From assembly GCA_965153285.1 (NCBI GenBank), contig OZ229113.1: a stretch of DNA of 64,000 bases, one strand, 5' to 3'. The notes beneath the pieces were generated by a model, which did no database searches, was not told the origin of the DNA, and saw nothing but the letters and a program-made list of their open reading frames with translations. The position numbers and the translations under genes were made by a program. The first letter of the stretch is position 1, and each line of letters starts with the position of its first letter. The stretch comes from Podarcis tiliguerta (taxonomy: Eukaryota). This document shows, piece by piece, positions 1 through 14,400 of the stretch.

Positions 1-1035
1 TATGAGCTGTATACATCATGTATGATCTGTCTAGTATTCAGCTACTGCTAGTGAAAGCCCTTGCAGAGAACACAGAATCCCCCTTCATACCTTATTCACA
101 TGAATGAATTCCATATGATGAAGGGAAAGTGGGACCCCATCCCAGGTGTTCTGTGCTGGGATAGCCTTACCCCCTGATGCTTATGCATTTAATGTGAATG
201 GCTGCAAAGGTATATCTCATGCATAGATCCACACTCAATGTGTGGATTCTGAGGCTGTCCCAGCACAGAACATTGAGGATACAACTTCCCTTTCATCACA
301 TGAACTTTCTTCACCTGCAGGGGGCTAGAATGACCATCTTATTTCCTCTAAAAGCCATTTAGTCTCAGGCTTGAATGCTAAATGGGACTACCCAAAAATA
401 AGGTAGACACTTTTACATATTGGGGGGCTCCTTTGGTATGCAGAAATATGTAAATTAAAACTAAAAAAATTAAGTCCCAAATATGTCTAAAGAATGTTGA
501 GGGCAACAGTGGGGGGAGGAAAGAAAAAAACCTGCTTGGGGCTTTAACATAGGCAAGGCAGACCTGTGGCTCTTTAGTTGTTGGTCTTCCACCTCCCAGA
601 ATTCCTGACCATTGACCATCCTAGCTGGGACTGTTGGAGACCAAGAACTGGAAGGCCACATGCCTCCCCTAACATCTTGCAGTAGGTATTCTGGAGGATT
701 CGGGTCACCAGAGGGACCTGTGCCATGAGGTTATGCTTCCTTTTTTGCACTTTACCAAGATTTTTCAGGAAGAGAAATAAAAAGGTCACACGTACTCTTT
801 CCCATTCTTCCAAAACCTTCCTTGCTTCCATCAATGCATAGGACACTTGAGTTTAGGGCTAGCTAGCCCCCAACCTAAATCCTTTAACACCATATGGTAA
901 AGGCGACAGGAAGGAAAGAAAAAAGGGTCATACAATTTCCATTTCTGGTTCCAAAAAGTCACCCACCCCAGTTGCACTCCAAACAGATTAATCTTTTTCA
1001 AGCTGTAGCTGTAAACAGCAATGTTTCTGTTAAGG

Positions 1036-1171
1036 CAGGCATCCCCAAACTCAGCCCTGCAGCTGCTTTGGGACTGCAGTTCCCACCATCCCTGACCACT
1101 GGTCCTGTTAGCTAGGGATGATGGGAGTTGTAGTCCCAAAACATATGGAGGGCCAAGTTTGGGGATGCCTG
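1036..1171. mobile_element. hAT-type palindromic MITE
   Basis: TIRs CAGGCATCCCCAAACT / AGTTTGGGGATGCCTG. Near-perfect 8-bp TSD TGTTAAGG / TGTTAGGG. Confidence 0.8.
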
Positions 1172-2305
1172 TGTTAGGGGCTGCAACACTTCCTTGTGAC
1201 TCATCACGTGCCTATTACTGCTTAGTCATGTAATGCTTGCTGTAGAATGGATTAGTGATCCATTTTTGCCCAGAGTTTCTACATCTATTTACAGGTGGCA
1301 TACAGGCGAGTCAGAGGCTGTTATAATTGAATGTTAAGTAAATGTGAATCATGAAGTAGCAAAGGAACAGATTTTTCGGTTGAGAGCCAAACTGAGACTA
1401 GGTTGGCAGTGAATAATTATTATTCATTTTGTTAATAGCCAAGTGTGTAACTCTTAAAATGAGAGAACCTTGGAGATGACAGGTAAGTGAGCCTTACACT
1501 GGTCAGGAATAAGGAGTTAAGAACCTTGCTTAGTTTTGTTCTATATCTGTTCTCACGGCAGTGCTGGTAATCTAGTATCAGCTTTCTACAGGTTTTTCTC
1601 TTTGCCAATAGGCAGGAAATCTAGCTGGGTGAATTGTGTTTGTGTATGGTTTGTTTGTTTTGTTTTTTGCAAAATTAATGCTGAAAGAAATTTGAAGATA
1701 ATTTTGGCTGATAGAAGGCTAGGACCCATCTGTTGCTTTAAACTTAGCTGTGATTTCTCATTTGTAATTGCAGATGAAATTATCAAAATATTGCGAAAAT
1801 GTGGCTTAAAAGGCACCAGAGTACTTTCCAGACAAGCAGGAAGAGAAAATCTCTCGGTACTTAAATTTTGCAAGTCCTGAAGACTACCTGTTAAACAAAA
1901 ACTACTCTGGAATAAAGGTTGCACAAAAGACAATAATACTTGATCCTATACTATTATTTTTTTCACAATGAAGCCAGAAGTTCTTTTGATCAGGACTGAA
2001 TTTCTTGAACAGAAACTTTGGAGCGTATGGTGTGCACGTACGGCATGGAAGGCGAGGGGGCTCCATGTCCTCTTTTTTGCTCTTCAAAATATGGCACCCC
2101 TAGTATGCACAGCATTGCACTGGTGGTGTTCTAGTCTCTGGAAATGGAATTAACCAAAGCACAGAAGCTGAGGCTTTACATACCATCAGTTTTTGCCAGA
2201 GATGTCAGAATGCCTTGCTTTTAATATATATAGTAATAATAAATAATAATTAATATAAAAGCCATATACAATTTGTATGATACCCTGATCAAACAACTTA
2301 AGATT

Positions 2306-2311
2306 TTTATT
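2306..2311 (-). terminator. Candidate proximal LTN1 polyadenylation signal
   Basis: Minus-strand AATAAA about 110 nt after the stop. Confidence 0.35.
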
Positions 2312-2373
2312 TGTAAATAAAGCTAAAATTAGCATTTCACAGCTAAATCCAACTGTGCCTGTTGATTTTCTTT

Positions 2374-2420
2374 GAGAAGTTCATTGAAGCAGAGAAGTTC
2401 ATTGAAGCAGAGAAGTCATT
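2374..2420. repeat. 18-bp tandem repeat (about 2.5 copies) right after the LTN1 stop
   Basis: GAGAAGTTCATTGAAGCA x2 plus GAGAAGTCATT. Confidence 0.85.
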
Positions 2421-5400
2421 TCAGAAGAAGGTCTCCCGACAAAGCGGACAGGTGGATTTGTTACTAGATGTAAACCATTTGTACTGAAAGAATTTTTAAA
2501 AAAGAGTATTAAAAGCAGATTTGACATACATTTTACGTTAAATGTAAGGTTGCTAGACGAACAAGTTTTATTTATGTCTTAAATAGTTGAGTAACTATCA
2601 CATGTGTGCCTTCTGTGAAAATTCAAATGAAAGCCATTTCTGAAGCCTATTATTCAACGAAGTTTTTTGCCCATTTGGGTGCTTAAGGACTTAATTGTCA
2701 TATTCTAAGGCTTACTACCGTGGGCAGATAGCTTTCCTATATGAGCATACTACACTAGTATGTCTTAGTCTTTCAGTTTTCAACAATGTCAGCTGCATAA
2801 TTTCCCAAGAGTGATAATTAGTTTACAATGCAGTATGGAAGTAAACTGTGTTTTCATAAGGGAAAGACTTGCTACTCATTACAGGAGGATTTATCCTCTC
2901 AATTTTACTGAAACTCAACTAGTTTTGTGGATTTGACTACTCCTAAAGCCAGTGAAGCTTTCTGTGTCGTCTTTTATTTAAAACTTGCTTCAGAATTTGT
3001 CTATTCCATGTACTTACCAGACAGGCTGAATGGAACTTTTTCTTGCATGTTCTGCAAGCTTTTTTAGGGAGAGAGTAGTTAGAGCCATGTATGACTGAGA
3101 AACAGATCATACAGTCTTCAACACCCTCAAAGCGTTTATCCACATTGTTTTTCCATAATGCTAAGCCTTCCATTATACTTCCGTTCTAAAAGAAAATAAG
3201 TTGTCTCAGGAATCAATAATTCATTATTTCAAGTTTGTCTTTAGAGTAACTTCACTTCTCATACTGGTTCACAGTCCTTTCAACTATTTTACAAGGAAGC
3301 TATACCATATCTTGAAAGTTTTTTTAAAGCATGGTGTCCCACCATTAATGCTGTCTACTACATAATAAAGTACTCCACTGTATCTGGTGACCATTTAGTT
3401 CTGTTGCTATAGTTTTAGCAAGAGTTGTTTTCCATAGATCAGAATCTGCCAAGCATACATTTTACTTAATAGCTATACAGTGGTGCCTCGCAAGACGAAA
3501 AGAATCCGTTCCGTGAGTCTCTTCGTCTAGCGGTTTTTTCGTCTTGCGAAGCAAGTCCATTAGCGGATTAGCGCTATTAGCCGTTTAGCGGCTATTAGAG
3601 GCTTAAGCGATTAGCGGATTAGCTGCTAAAAGGCTATTAGCAGCTTAGTGCCTTAGAAAAAGGGGGTGGGGAGCGGAAAAAACCCCCAGGAATCGCAAGA
3701 CATTTTCGTCTTGCGAAGCAAGCCCATAGCAAATTCGTCCTGCGAATCACCTCCAAAACGGAAAACCCTTTCGTCTAGCGGGTTTTCTGTCTTGCGAGGC
3801 ATTCGTCTTGCGGGGCACCACTGTACTACACAACTCTCTTCTAAAAAAAGAACAGGAATTTTGACTGAAGCAGCTGCCATTTCAATGGCAAGGGCTTTTG
3901 GGAGTGCAGATCTGACTGGGTCCATGCTTGGAAAGTACTTCTCTCTCCCTGCTCAGTTAGGGACTGGATGTTTTTTGCAAGTGCAAATTCAGGAGGAGGC
4001 AATTTCGGTACCCATGCAGATAGCTTTCAGAATGAAGGTTATATTGAGCTAGACAGAATGGAGCTGTCCAATGGTGAACAGCTGCCCTGCTATTCTGCAC
4101 CCACCTGCTGTTCAGAGCAGACCTAACCTGTGGATAATAATACATGGCAAGGACTGAACCATCATGGTACTTTTAAGTGACACATACCTGATGAGTGAGA
4201 TATGTGCTCAACTGTAGCATCCAATTGCGCCATTGCTGCACTGCTACACCAACTCTCTTTCCACTCTCAACAGTTATGGAACCCAGGGGGTAATTTGGAG
4301 GAAGCTGTATTATCAGTTCAATGAATATATCATCAACTGAGTAGGTAGCAATGACTTCTCGGGTAGCAGATCGAGCTTTTACCTGTGGAAAAACAAATCC
4401 ATAGCAGGCAGAATACTTGTCAAAAAGGCATATAGCAGATAATTTGGAATGCACCTAAAATATATACACATGTAGAGTGTACTTGCAATATACTTCTATT
4501 CCTCCCCTCACTGAAATATGTGCAACGTTTTTAACTGTAGCCAGAACAGAGACACTGAAAATGTCTGCTTATAGAAGAGATCTGCCCTGGAAATGACAGC
4601 ACAATATCTGCAACATTTATGAACGCAAATATCTTTTTCTATTTATGAGTGCAAATATTCTTTTTCTATTTAATAAGCAGAAGTAGCAATCCTGGAATAG
4701 TTCTGTATGCTACGAATATCACAAGGCATTTCCAGACATTAATTTGTTGAGGGATTGATATTAACTGGAGTATCTCATACAAACTCTAAATTACAGAATA
4801 ATACATAGACTGCAGATGATCACTGCCCTAATTCAGAGCACTATATATGCACAGACCTGTTTTCCAGAAACAACCTTAGATAAAGTGTATGCTTCTGATT
4901 GAACACTCGATGGTAATTTACTTTCTACAGTATCAAACTTGTCAAAAGAATGAAATAAATTTATGTAGATAAGATCATACTAACCATCATTCCATTAAAC
5001 AACTGTGTACTGGTCTGCACTGAAGATATTTCTTGTAAAGAAAGTACACTGCTGACGTATTTGCTTGTAAATTTATCTACAGTGTTGAAGACTCGTTTCT
5101 CACAGCTATTCCACCAAAGACGAACCATGGCTGGCAAATCTTTTAATGTCATACAGTAAACAGAACATGCCAAATGAGGGATGTGGGAAGACAGCGATGA
5201 GGTGTCTGGATAACAAATGGGGGAAGTGGTTTGTAAATAAGAACAGTTCAATTACATCTCTACAGTTGTTTCATACAATGAAAGAAATTCAATGTCAATT
5301 AAAGCTAAAACTATTTGGACTGACCTTTGACGTCTAAGTCAAGCTCCTCAGTAAAGTACGTTTTTACATCCTTACTTGGGAGTTCAGCTGTTGATCCTGG

Positions 5401-8400
5401 AAGGGCTGGATTTTCTGGCATAAGCCTGAACAGGTGATACAATAGTTTATTCAGACTCTTGGTTCTTCGGAGATATTGTGAGTAAAGAGCTCGCAGCTGG
5501 TGGTGAAACCATACAAAAATTATTCCCAATAAAATCTGTTCTCAGAAGCATTAAAATTGAAGGAATGTATACAATGGGAGTATGAAAAGGCTTGGTGGGA
5601 TTTACAGCAGATTAGACAAGACAGTTTTTATACAAAGCCTTAATACGCACTTGCAAGGAAATTAATGGTAATACATTGGTCAAACTATTTAAAAAAATAA
5701 GATACAACATCACAAATACATATTTCTATGGAGCAATTTAGCAATGTCATTATGACATGCTGGTAAGATTGCCTTGGGTTTCATGTTGCCAGGTATTAAA
5801 CATACCCTATGTGCTTCCAAGTCTTTCCTTCTTACAGCCAGATGCTACAAGACAATATCATTTATCCAAACTGGCATGAGAACAACCATAACCCTTGTTC
5901 AGATATATGAAAGTACTTTTTTCTCAATGACAAAAATGACTTGGGAATACTAGTAAAATGGATAGTGGAACACCATATGACAGCTATTTTGAAGCTCCAA
6001 GTTCTGGGCAAAAGGATTTGAAATGCTTTCATTTGTACTAATGGTTTTCAAGCAAAAGGCTTGATTATTTCCTACTGCTGTGGATTAGGAATAACTGAAC
6101 ACAGCTGAATTCATTTGTCAGTAGAAGGCTGTGGAGAAGTACATGGGTATATGTGTGTCACAGGGTGAGGAGAAAAAGATAAACCCTTTAATTCACCTGA
6201 GAAGATGCTGCCTTGAAGAAAGTTAGTATTAATTTCCAGGTGAGGAGGTATCCCAAAACAAGGCAAAACTCATCACTTAGTGGTTGAATAACTGCAAACT
6301 CTCCAACTGGAATGCCTTCTAGGATGTTTTCCAGTAACTCCTCCTGAGTGGCAAGCACAGTCATAAGAGCTGCTGGTGGGGACCTAAAGTCAGGGCAGCA
6401 AAGGTGTTATTTTTTTACATTCAGATCAGTTTCCATAGTACGAAACATGTAAGCACATTAACCAATGCCATGTTATCTCAAGCACCTCAATGGAGGACTT
6501 TTTCTCCAGGAGAATTTCATTTTATTTTCATTTCCTTGATGCCAACACCTAGAATGTGCTACCAGGTGCTACCAAGGTGACAAAGAACTTCTTCCAGATC
6601 TAAATATATGACTTGGGAGTTAAACCAGACCTACTGAACAAGCCCAGAGCAAGGACCAAAAAGATCTATACAGAAATCAAACAATTGGCTACTCCCAAGG
6701 CAGAATCGCTGCTTAAAATTGTGAATGTGTTACCCAGTTTAAAGGCTAGCTTGTCCTACTTAGAATGCCATGATAGCTATATACTACCCCCCAGGAGTGG
6801 AGGTCTGTGAGTCCTCAACACAGAGATTCAATGGCAGGAGACAGTTATCGCCCTCACATTGTGTTTGTAGGTTTCCCATAGGCATCTGGTTGGCTATGAG
6901 AGATGGGATAATGGACCAGATGACACTATGGTCTGATCCAACAAGGTTCTTATGTCCCTACATGTGAAGACATCAGGATGAAGAGAACAAACACAGAACA
7001 TTACTCTTTCCCAGTTCTTTGGGGGTGTACCTTCTGCGACTATGTGACAGCTCCTGAGGCACGTGTGTGTGTGTGTGCGCAAGTGTACACACACAAACAC
7101 AATATTGAGGATCACAGGTGCATCTTCCCACTTAAGCCATGAAAGTCCAAGTCTGGTAAATGGTTGGAACATTTTAACATTCTACTATGATAGGCAATTG
7201 CTTCGTTCATTATATAAATAAAATGAAACGTACAATGATAGCTCCTCCTCTTCATCACCATAGGATTTGAGATCCTCGTTGTCAAATTTAGGCAAGTCAG
7301 GCATTAACCTGGGATTTAGAAAAATTAAAAAACAGTGTTTTTATCCATATTTTTAAGGCCCAACATTATCTGTTCTGAAAAGGATTTAAACATCGGATAT
7401 TACTAGCAAGTAAGCACACCATTATGTTTTGGAATCATCCGTTTACAGAGGTGATACAAAGAAATAGTTTGCATCATTACCCTCATCCTCAGTATTAACC
7501 CTTATTATATTTAGTGCCTGACAAAATAAATATAAGGGACAATATAATACAATATAAGACAATATTTCAAAACTGGAGAAGATGGAAGGGCAGAGGGGTG
7601 AAAGAGACTCTGCATTCATCCCTTTGCTCTCCCTCTTCCTCTATGCCCCCTTGGTAAGTCTCCTTATTCGGAATCAGTAGAGCAACCTAGCAGATGCCTA
7701 CAGGACAATAGTGGTCACCAATCCCTCTGAGAGGAGGCCAATACCTGTAGGAGCTCCCTGGTGGACTTGATGTGGAAATAGTAGTTAGTCAGTGTGCTTT
7801 TCATCTTCAAGGCAGACCTAGAAATCAAGAAGCCCTACATAGGCTCCGGTTTGGAAAGACTGTTCCTTTCAGACTAATGTGAGCACCTTGAACTAAGCAA
7901 TTGAACGGGCAATTGGTTATGCTAATATGTTCCCTGGTCTATTTCTAAATACATATTCTATGCTATAACAAGATCAAAGTGTATGTGTGGAGGGGATAAC
8001 TTACTTATTTAACATGTGGTAGACTGTGATTTGAACAGGTCTAGCTCTGAAGAGCAGCATTGGAGAAAAAGTATTTAACAAGGTTTGTAGTTTATCTGGG
8101 AGATTTGTCTTCTGACCAGCAACAAATTTGGCAGGAAGTTTGTGGTTCAATAACTGATCCTTTGAAATGTACATTAAAGCTTTCCCCAAAGATTTCAACA
8201 TGAAATTCTGAAATGATGTTTCCAATGCATCTTTTTCTTTTCCTGTTCAGAAAAGAGAATTCACAATTTTAATTCATCTTAGCAAGTTTACATTATAGAA
8301 TTATTAGTTCTCCTGGAAAACTGTTCAAAAAGGTAACATACAAATGTGATATTGTACTCTTAAAGGACTCCTCCAACTTATTGACAACTCATCTTGATTT

Positions 8401-11400
8401 GCACACATAAAGCTTATGTGGTAGTTAGACTACATTTGGTCTTAACTGAGCATTCATCCTGATTTCCTTGCTAACATCTTTCCATTAAGAATTTGTTCAT
8501 CCCATAATGTTCAGTATTTTTCCCATTCAATTTCCTTACCAAAAAAATATATATTAAAAAATTGATTCCTTGTGGCAGAATGTTTTAATCTACTTTAACT
8601 GTATGAACCTAAATTTCCAGTATGCCCTTGAATCCCTCCAGAAAAACAGTGACAGTCTGGAAGCACCCAGCACACTAAATTTACATGCTTTCCTGAATGG
8701 ATTGCAAAAAGTGAAGGATTTCCAGAGCATTGCTGAAAGTCTCATTTTTTATCAAGGAGCTTAACAGCCTAACCAGGTGAACAGACCACCACGGTACACA
8801 AACAGAACAGTGTTGGACACTGAAAAGTTCTGTATTTCTAAGACTGTTAGATAAAACTGCAATCTTAAGATGCAGTAAAGCAGAGTGTCCAAAAAATTAG
8901 TCACTTTTCCATATTATATTGTATACTTATCATTTGCCAGACTTACTTGTAATTTTTACCAGCAACGATAAAAGTAAACTATGAATGCCTTCAGAAAAGA
9001 ATTCCTGCCATTCAGCCATGAGGTTTGGTGGAAGTTTTTCAGTGATTTCAGGAGTTGCTGCCTGGAAAAAAGCACTCGAGGCAGCACTCAAGTCGCAGCT
9101 GACACAGGCAAACACTTGCACAAGGGCAACCGGAAAGACTGCCTGGCTGTCACTTGTTGTCTGGAAAAGAAAGAAGAACACCAGGATGGGCTTTATTTTT
9201 CCTTTTTAAAAAAAAACAACCTGAGGAATTTCAGTAACACCCATTCAAAGAATAATTGTAATCTAAAAGTTACACATTTTCTTAAAGGTTTAATGACAAC
9301 AAACCCTTCTATAACAAATCAAAGCAATTTCTTTAAGTATGAAAATAGATTCCAATGGTCTTTTCTCTCTCTAATGAGAAAGAGAATGGCAGGATCTATC
9401 TGCTGGTAAGAGTATGGTAAGAGATTGTAGGGGTTTGGAACTCTACAGTTCTACGATTCTATGTTCTATATTTCTTCTTTTACCCTCATTTTGACATGAT
9501 TCTTGTTCCACATTTTTATCCATACCTCTTTGTACAAGGTCAGGTGTAACATTTATCAGTTATGCATATTTTAGCAAAATAAACTACCAGTTATGTTTTG
9601 TTGAACATGTTGTGGAACTGGTGCACGGGATTAGATTGAGCTCAGATAATCTTAAATGTGTTCTGAAATTTTTGCTTCACAAAAGTTCAAAACATTTACT
9701 GTAGCCAATTTTACAGTAAAACCATACAATAATAAGTTTACATGATAGGCTGTTGCCACATATTTTAGATTTCTCAAAGGCAGGAACTGCCACCCAGTGG
9801 ATTCACAAAGAAAAATATCTGCACTCTCAAGACTTCATGCAGAGGCCTGAATATCATTCCCTACATTTAAGTTTGCTTCTTACCTCTAACCAGGCCAGCA
9901 TGGAACACATGACAAAATCCCACTCACTCTCCAGCAAAGAGGAAGGATCATTCAGCAACAAAGAAATAAACCGGATCATCTCTATGTTCAAGCCAAGCAC
10001 CTGTGGGCTTCCTTCCCGTAGATTGCTGGGGGGCAGGGAGGAAAATTACAAAAACAAAAATGAATCAGGCAGCAGATTTTGTAAAGTATTTTTTTTTTCA
10101 GTATTTGTGAACACTGCAGAAAGCAAAGAGGAATTTCCCCTTCTCTCACACACAGGAGGAATACCTCTGCTAAGATAATGCCTATTAAGACAAAGGGAGA
10201 TCCTCTAAAAAGAAAAGTATGCTTCTTGCTACAGAAATATTGTTTACACTTACACAAATTTCAAACGGTTATTTAATTGAATTGCAGCCCTATTATAAAT
10301 ATAACCATTTCAACCGTGCAACACAGACCAGTCATAATAAAACTGTAATAAAGCTACCCACCAGCTAAAAAGAAAGCTGTCCTCATAGTCATTTCGCCAG
10401 GCGATGATGATTTTTAATATTCCAGGCATTAGATCTCCATAATCAATGCTTCCACAATTCAAGCAGGAATTTAAAATAGCAAGATATCCAAAAGCTCCTA
10501 AAACAGAGTCAAATGCTAGATTTAAAATATCACATTAAATGTTATTGAAAACAACAAGAAAAGCAGTAAATTAGAAGCAGACAAGATGTGGACACTGGTG
10601 GTTGGATGCAAGATCAGAAAAAGGTAGGTTAAATAATTCCTAACGTTCAGCATCCATATTACATTTTCTTCAATCTGTAATAAATCAGAACTTGTCTAAA
10701 AGAAACTTAGATTTGCCATTTATCTACTGAGTACGCTTAATAATATGCACCTTGGAAAAAGCACTTAACAATAAACTGATTCGTCAAGAGCCTTTTCCTC
10801 TCTCTTGAAGAACAGAAGCAATTCTCAAAGGCAAACAAACATCTAATTAAATTAGTGCATTAAAAATCTAACTCCTACAAGCTAATGAAACATTGGAGAT
10901 AATATTTAAAGCACTGACCATCAGTACTGTAAAGTCCACTTTCATTGCAGGTCATTAGTTTAGCAGTGCACTGAATGACAAGCTCTTCCTTGTCTTCCTG
11001 AAGTAAAAATGGAGACAGATTCTGAAGTGTGTGCAAGTTGCCTTCCGTTAATGGAAAAAACCTGTCCAAGAAAATGACACATCAGCAGACAATCTGGAAA
11101 TCAGTATGATGTCCACAGATAAAATGCAAATTAATTCAGAAAGGCCATGAAACAGGGAAAGTTTTGTTGCAGAATTTTATGAAGAAATAGGATTTGCACA
11201 ACCACAAACCAGGACCCCCAGAGCATTTATTTGAAACAGACAGGACTCTCCACCAAAGGGAAGTAAAGCATATAGGAACAGAGGGGGGCGGGGAATCAGG
11301 AATGCTAAGGATGTTCCATTTCTGTTTCTCATGCTATTTAACATCTATATGAAGTAACCAAGATGATCAGGCTAAAGTGTCTTCAACAGCTCTGCCACTC

Positions 11401-14400
11401 ATCATTTACACCTACTAGGCTTAGGGAAACTGTAGAAATAGTGAACTGATGTCAGGAGAGAGCATGTAACTCCAACTCTGTACCAGCTGTACTGATTGAC
11501 TTGGGCCCAGAAGAGCCGTGGCAAAGTGCTGGTTACCGTTAAAGCCCTAAATGACTTGGGCTATCTGAAAGATTACCTGCTCCCATATGACTGTGCCTTA
11601 AGATCAGCTATAAAAGCTCTGCTTCAAAACTGCCAGCAACATCAATAAGGCTGGTGGTTACAGAAGACATGGCATTTTCAGTGCTGTCCCCATCATTATG
11701 GAACTCCTTCACATGGAAAGAGCAGTTGGCTCTCCTGATGATTGTTTAAAGGCTCTAAATACCTAGCTTTTAACCACACTTTTAAATGATAGATTTGAGG
11801 CTGGTCCGGGTTTATGTAATATAATTTGTCAGTATTTTACTATTATATTTTCTATTTTATCACAGGGGCAGGAGGGTATATGGCATTGTTGTTGGGGATG
11901 GGGGGAAATAAAAAATATGGATTTTATATGTTTTATTATGTGAGCCACCTTAAGGTTTTATGGCCTGAAAGACAGTACAGGCAACTTTCCGCTCGCACAA
12001 GGGTTGCATTCCTGGCTACCGCGCATGTCAGCGGGATGCCCATCAGTCTGTTCCGCCCCATTCCACCCCCTTTTGTTGCCAAAAGCAGCACGTGCGCCAC
12101 CAAATATCTAAGTACATATCAACAATGTAGAATATTTTTACTGTTTTGCGCTACTTGTAGCCAACAAATTATGACCCAACAACCATATTTCATCCTAGTC
12201 ATGATGCATGATATGTTACAGGTGAATTAATTCCATCCAAATTCAGAGCTATTGTTGTTTATTGTCTATGTTGTTTAGCGCCCAGGTGCAGTGAAACATC
12301 ATTTCCACCTCATACTCATGTGACACATGTGCTTCTCTTGAAGAGGGGGAAGGTCTTTATCATAGAGTGGCTCCAATTTGGAGCAAAGCTTGAAAATCCA
12401 AACAGCCAGTTATATGAACACTAATATGCACTTTTATCACTGCCATCTGATTTTGGACCAGAGCATTGCTGGACATATCCTCTCTCTTTATAATGTGAGA
12501 CACAATGTGGGCCTTTCCTCCCATTTCCTACTTTAATCAATGGGGCAGCAGTAGGTGTGATCACAGTCTAAGAAAAACTACAAGCCTACTATCATACCTT
12601 TCTGATGTACTGAATAGTCCTTTTATCTCACAGGATGCAATATTCTCAGTTTTTATCAATTTAGCCATGGTTAAGGCCCAAAGTCGTCCACAGTCTTTTG
12701 ATCTATGGAATAATAAAGTTTCTGTGATAAATCTGGTTTATTTAAAGACAAAATAAATGTTCATTATTATTTATTCTTGATGTGAACAATTCACAAGGAG
12801 ACAAACTTCAGATTAGGTAACAAAAGTGATACCTGAACAGGAAGAACTGGGATATTTGTTGCTTTCTAGTGAAAGCTGTTTGAGAAACAATTGTTTGTTT
12901 TTTGAGAAACAATGTTTTCAAAAATAAAAAAAATACCTACCTATTGAATAATATTCTTAATAGGCCATTTGTATTAGTGAGTATGCATAATTTTTCACAT
13001 GAAATATCCATTACTTGCAGGTGGTGAAGGAATTCAGCAAGAATGCTGGGTGGGTTTGCTAATTCTTCAATCCACTGTAAGGCATATAGCTGTTCTGCGA
13101 CTAGAATAACAACAACAGAACAATATCTGAATAGTATAATCCAGCAAATGAATTTGTTGCTAACCTTGTAATAGTTATTAAACATATAATTGAACATGGT
13201 AAAATTTATACTGCAACAATCACCAGAGGAAGCTGTTTATATAATGTCCTTTTTAATATACATGTTTCAAATTTCTATTATCCCATAAATCCAACTATAA
13301 TCTCCTTTTACAAATAGGTAAATTGAAGCTCAGAGATGGGGATATATGCGTTTGTCACCTAATTCTAAATCCAACACTACACAATAGACTGTGCAGGGCA
13401 GGAGTTCCTTGTTCATATCAGAACTTTTATGACACTGAAAGCTTTCACACACAAGGTATTTCCTATTCATTTCAAAAGAGGAGGCGTCTCCATGTACACA
13501 AAAGAGATTTCTGCCCTACAATTAAAATAAATAGGGACGACTGTGCACGTAGGAGTTCTGTGCAATAAACCACAGTGGCCTGTTTCATGTGCCACTGTAA
13601 ACCACAGTTAAGGTTAACTGTGGTTTAAAGCAAAGGTTGGGAACCATTGGCTCGCCAGATGTTGCTGAACAACCCCTTCCAGCAGCCCCAGCAAGCATGA
13701 CCAATGACCAGGGATGGTGGGTGTTTTACTTTAGCAAGATCTTAAAGAGCCAAACGTTCCCCACATCTAGTTTAAAGGCAAACACACAGCATGCACAGAG
13801 CAAAAATTATGGCTGCTTCACTCCTTCTCTGCTCCTACTGTGGTCACTGCTGCCAGGGGCTAAGGCATGGTTTGGTTTAAGTTGCATTTGAACCTGTGCT
13901 CATTGTTTGCCTTTTTCCATACAAACCTCAAGTTGTAATCAAGCTTTGTTCTGGCCTTACCACTTGTGGCTTGTTTGAGGGAGACAAACATTGAGTCTGG
14001 GAAACAAGGAACATAATGCTAAGACAAACGACCGCTTAGCTTCTGGCAGCAGCAAGAGGGAGGGAGGAGCTATGCTGCTGTGATTTTCAACCCATACACA
14101 GCACATTCACTTTTAAACCAACTGTGATTTCAAGTTATGTACACACAAGCCTAGTGTAAATCATAACACAGAAAGCATGACAAATGCCACTCAATTATAA
14201 TCCTAGCATATCTTTATCAATTCAGAGTTTTCAAATATCAGTTGTCCCTTAAAAATGTTTTACATAAATAAATGTATGTCACACTTCTGTTTGACAACAG
14301 GACCCTACAGAAACTGGTCAGAAAATAAATTATAAATCGCAAACAATAAGATTTTTAAAGTTTGATTTCTTTCTTTTTTGTCACTTACTGATATTTTCAA

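Noticed and set aside
3560-3655. TTAGCG-like short repeats resembling telomeric or CRISPR repeats
   Set aside because: Internal MITE low-complexity repeats with no spacers, in a eukaryotic genome.
3653-4052. ORFs of 90 and 128 aa in LTN1 intron 28
   Set aside because: Derived largely from the palindromic MITE, with no transposase motifs.
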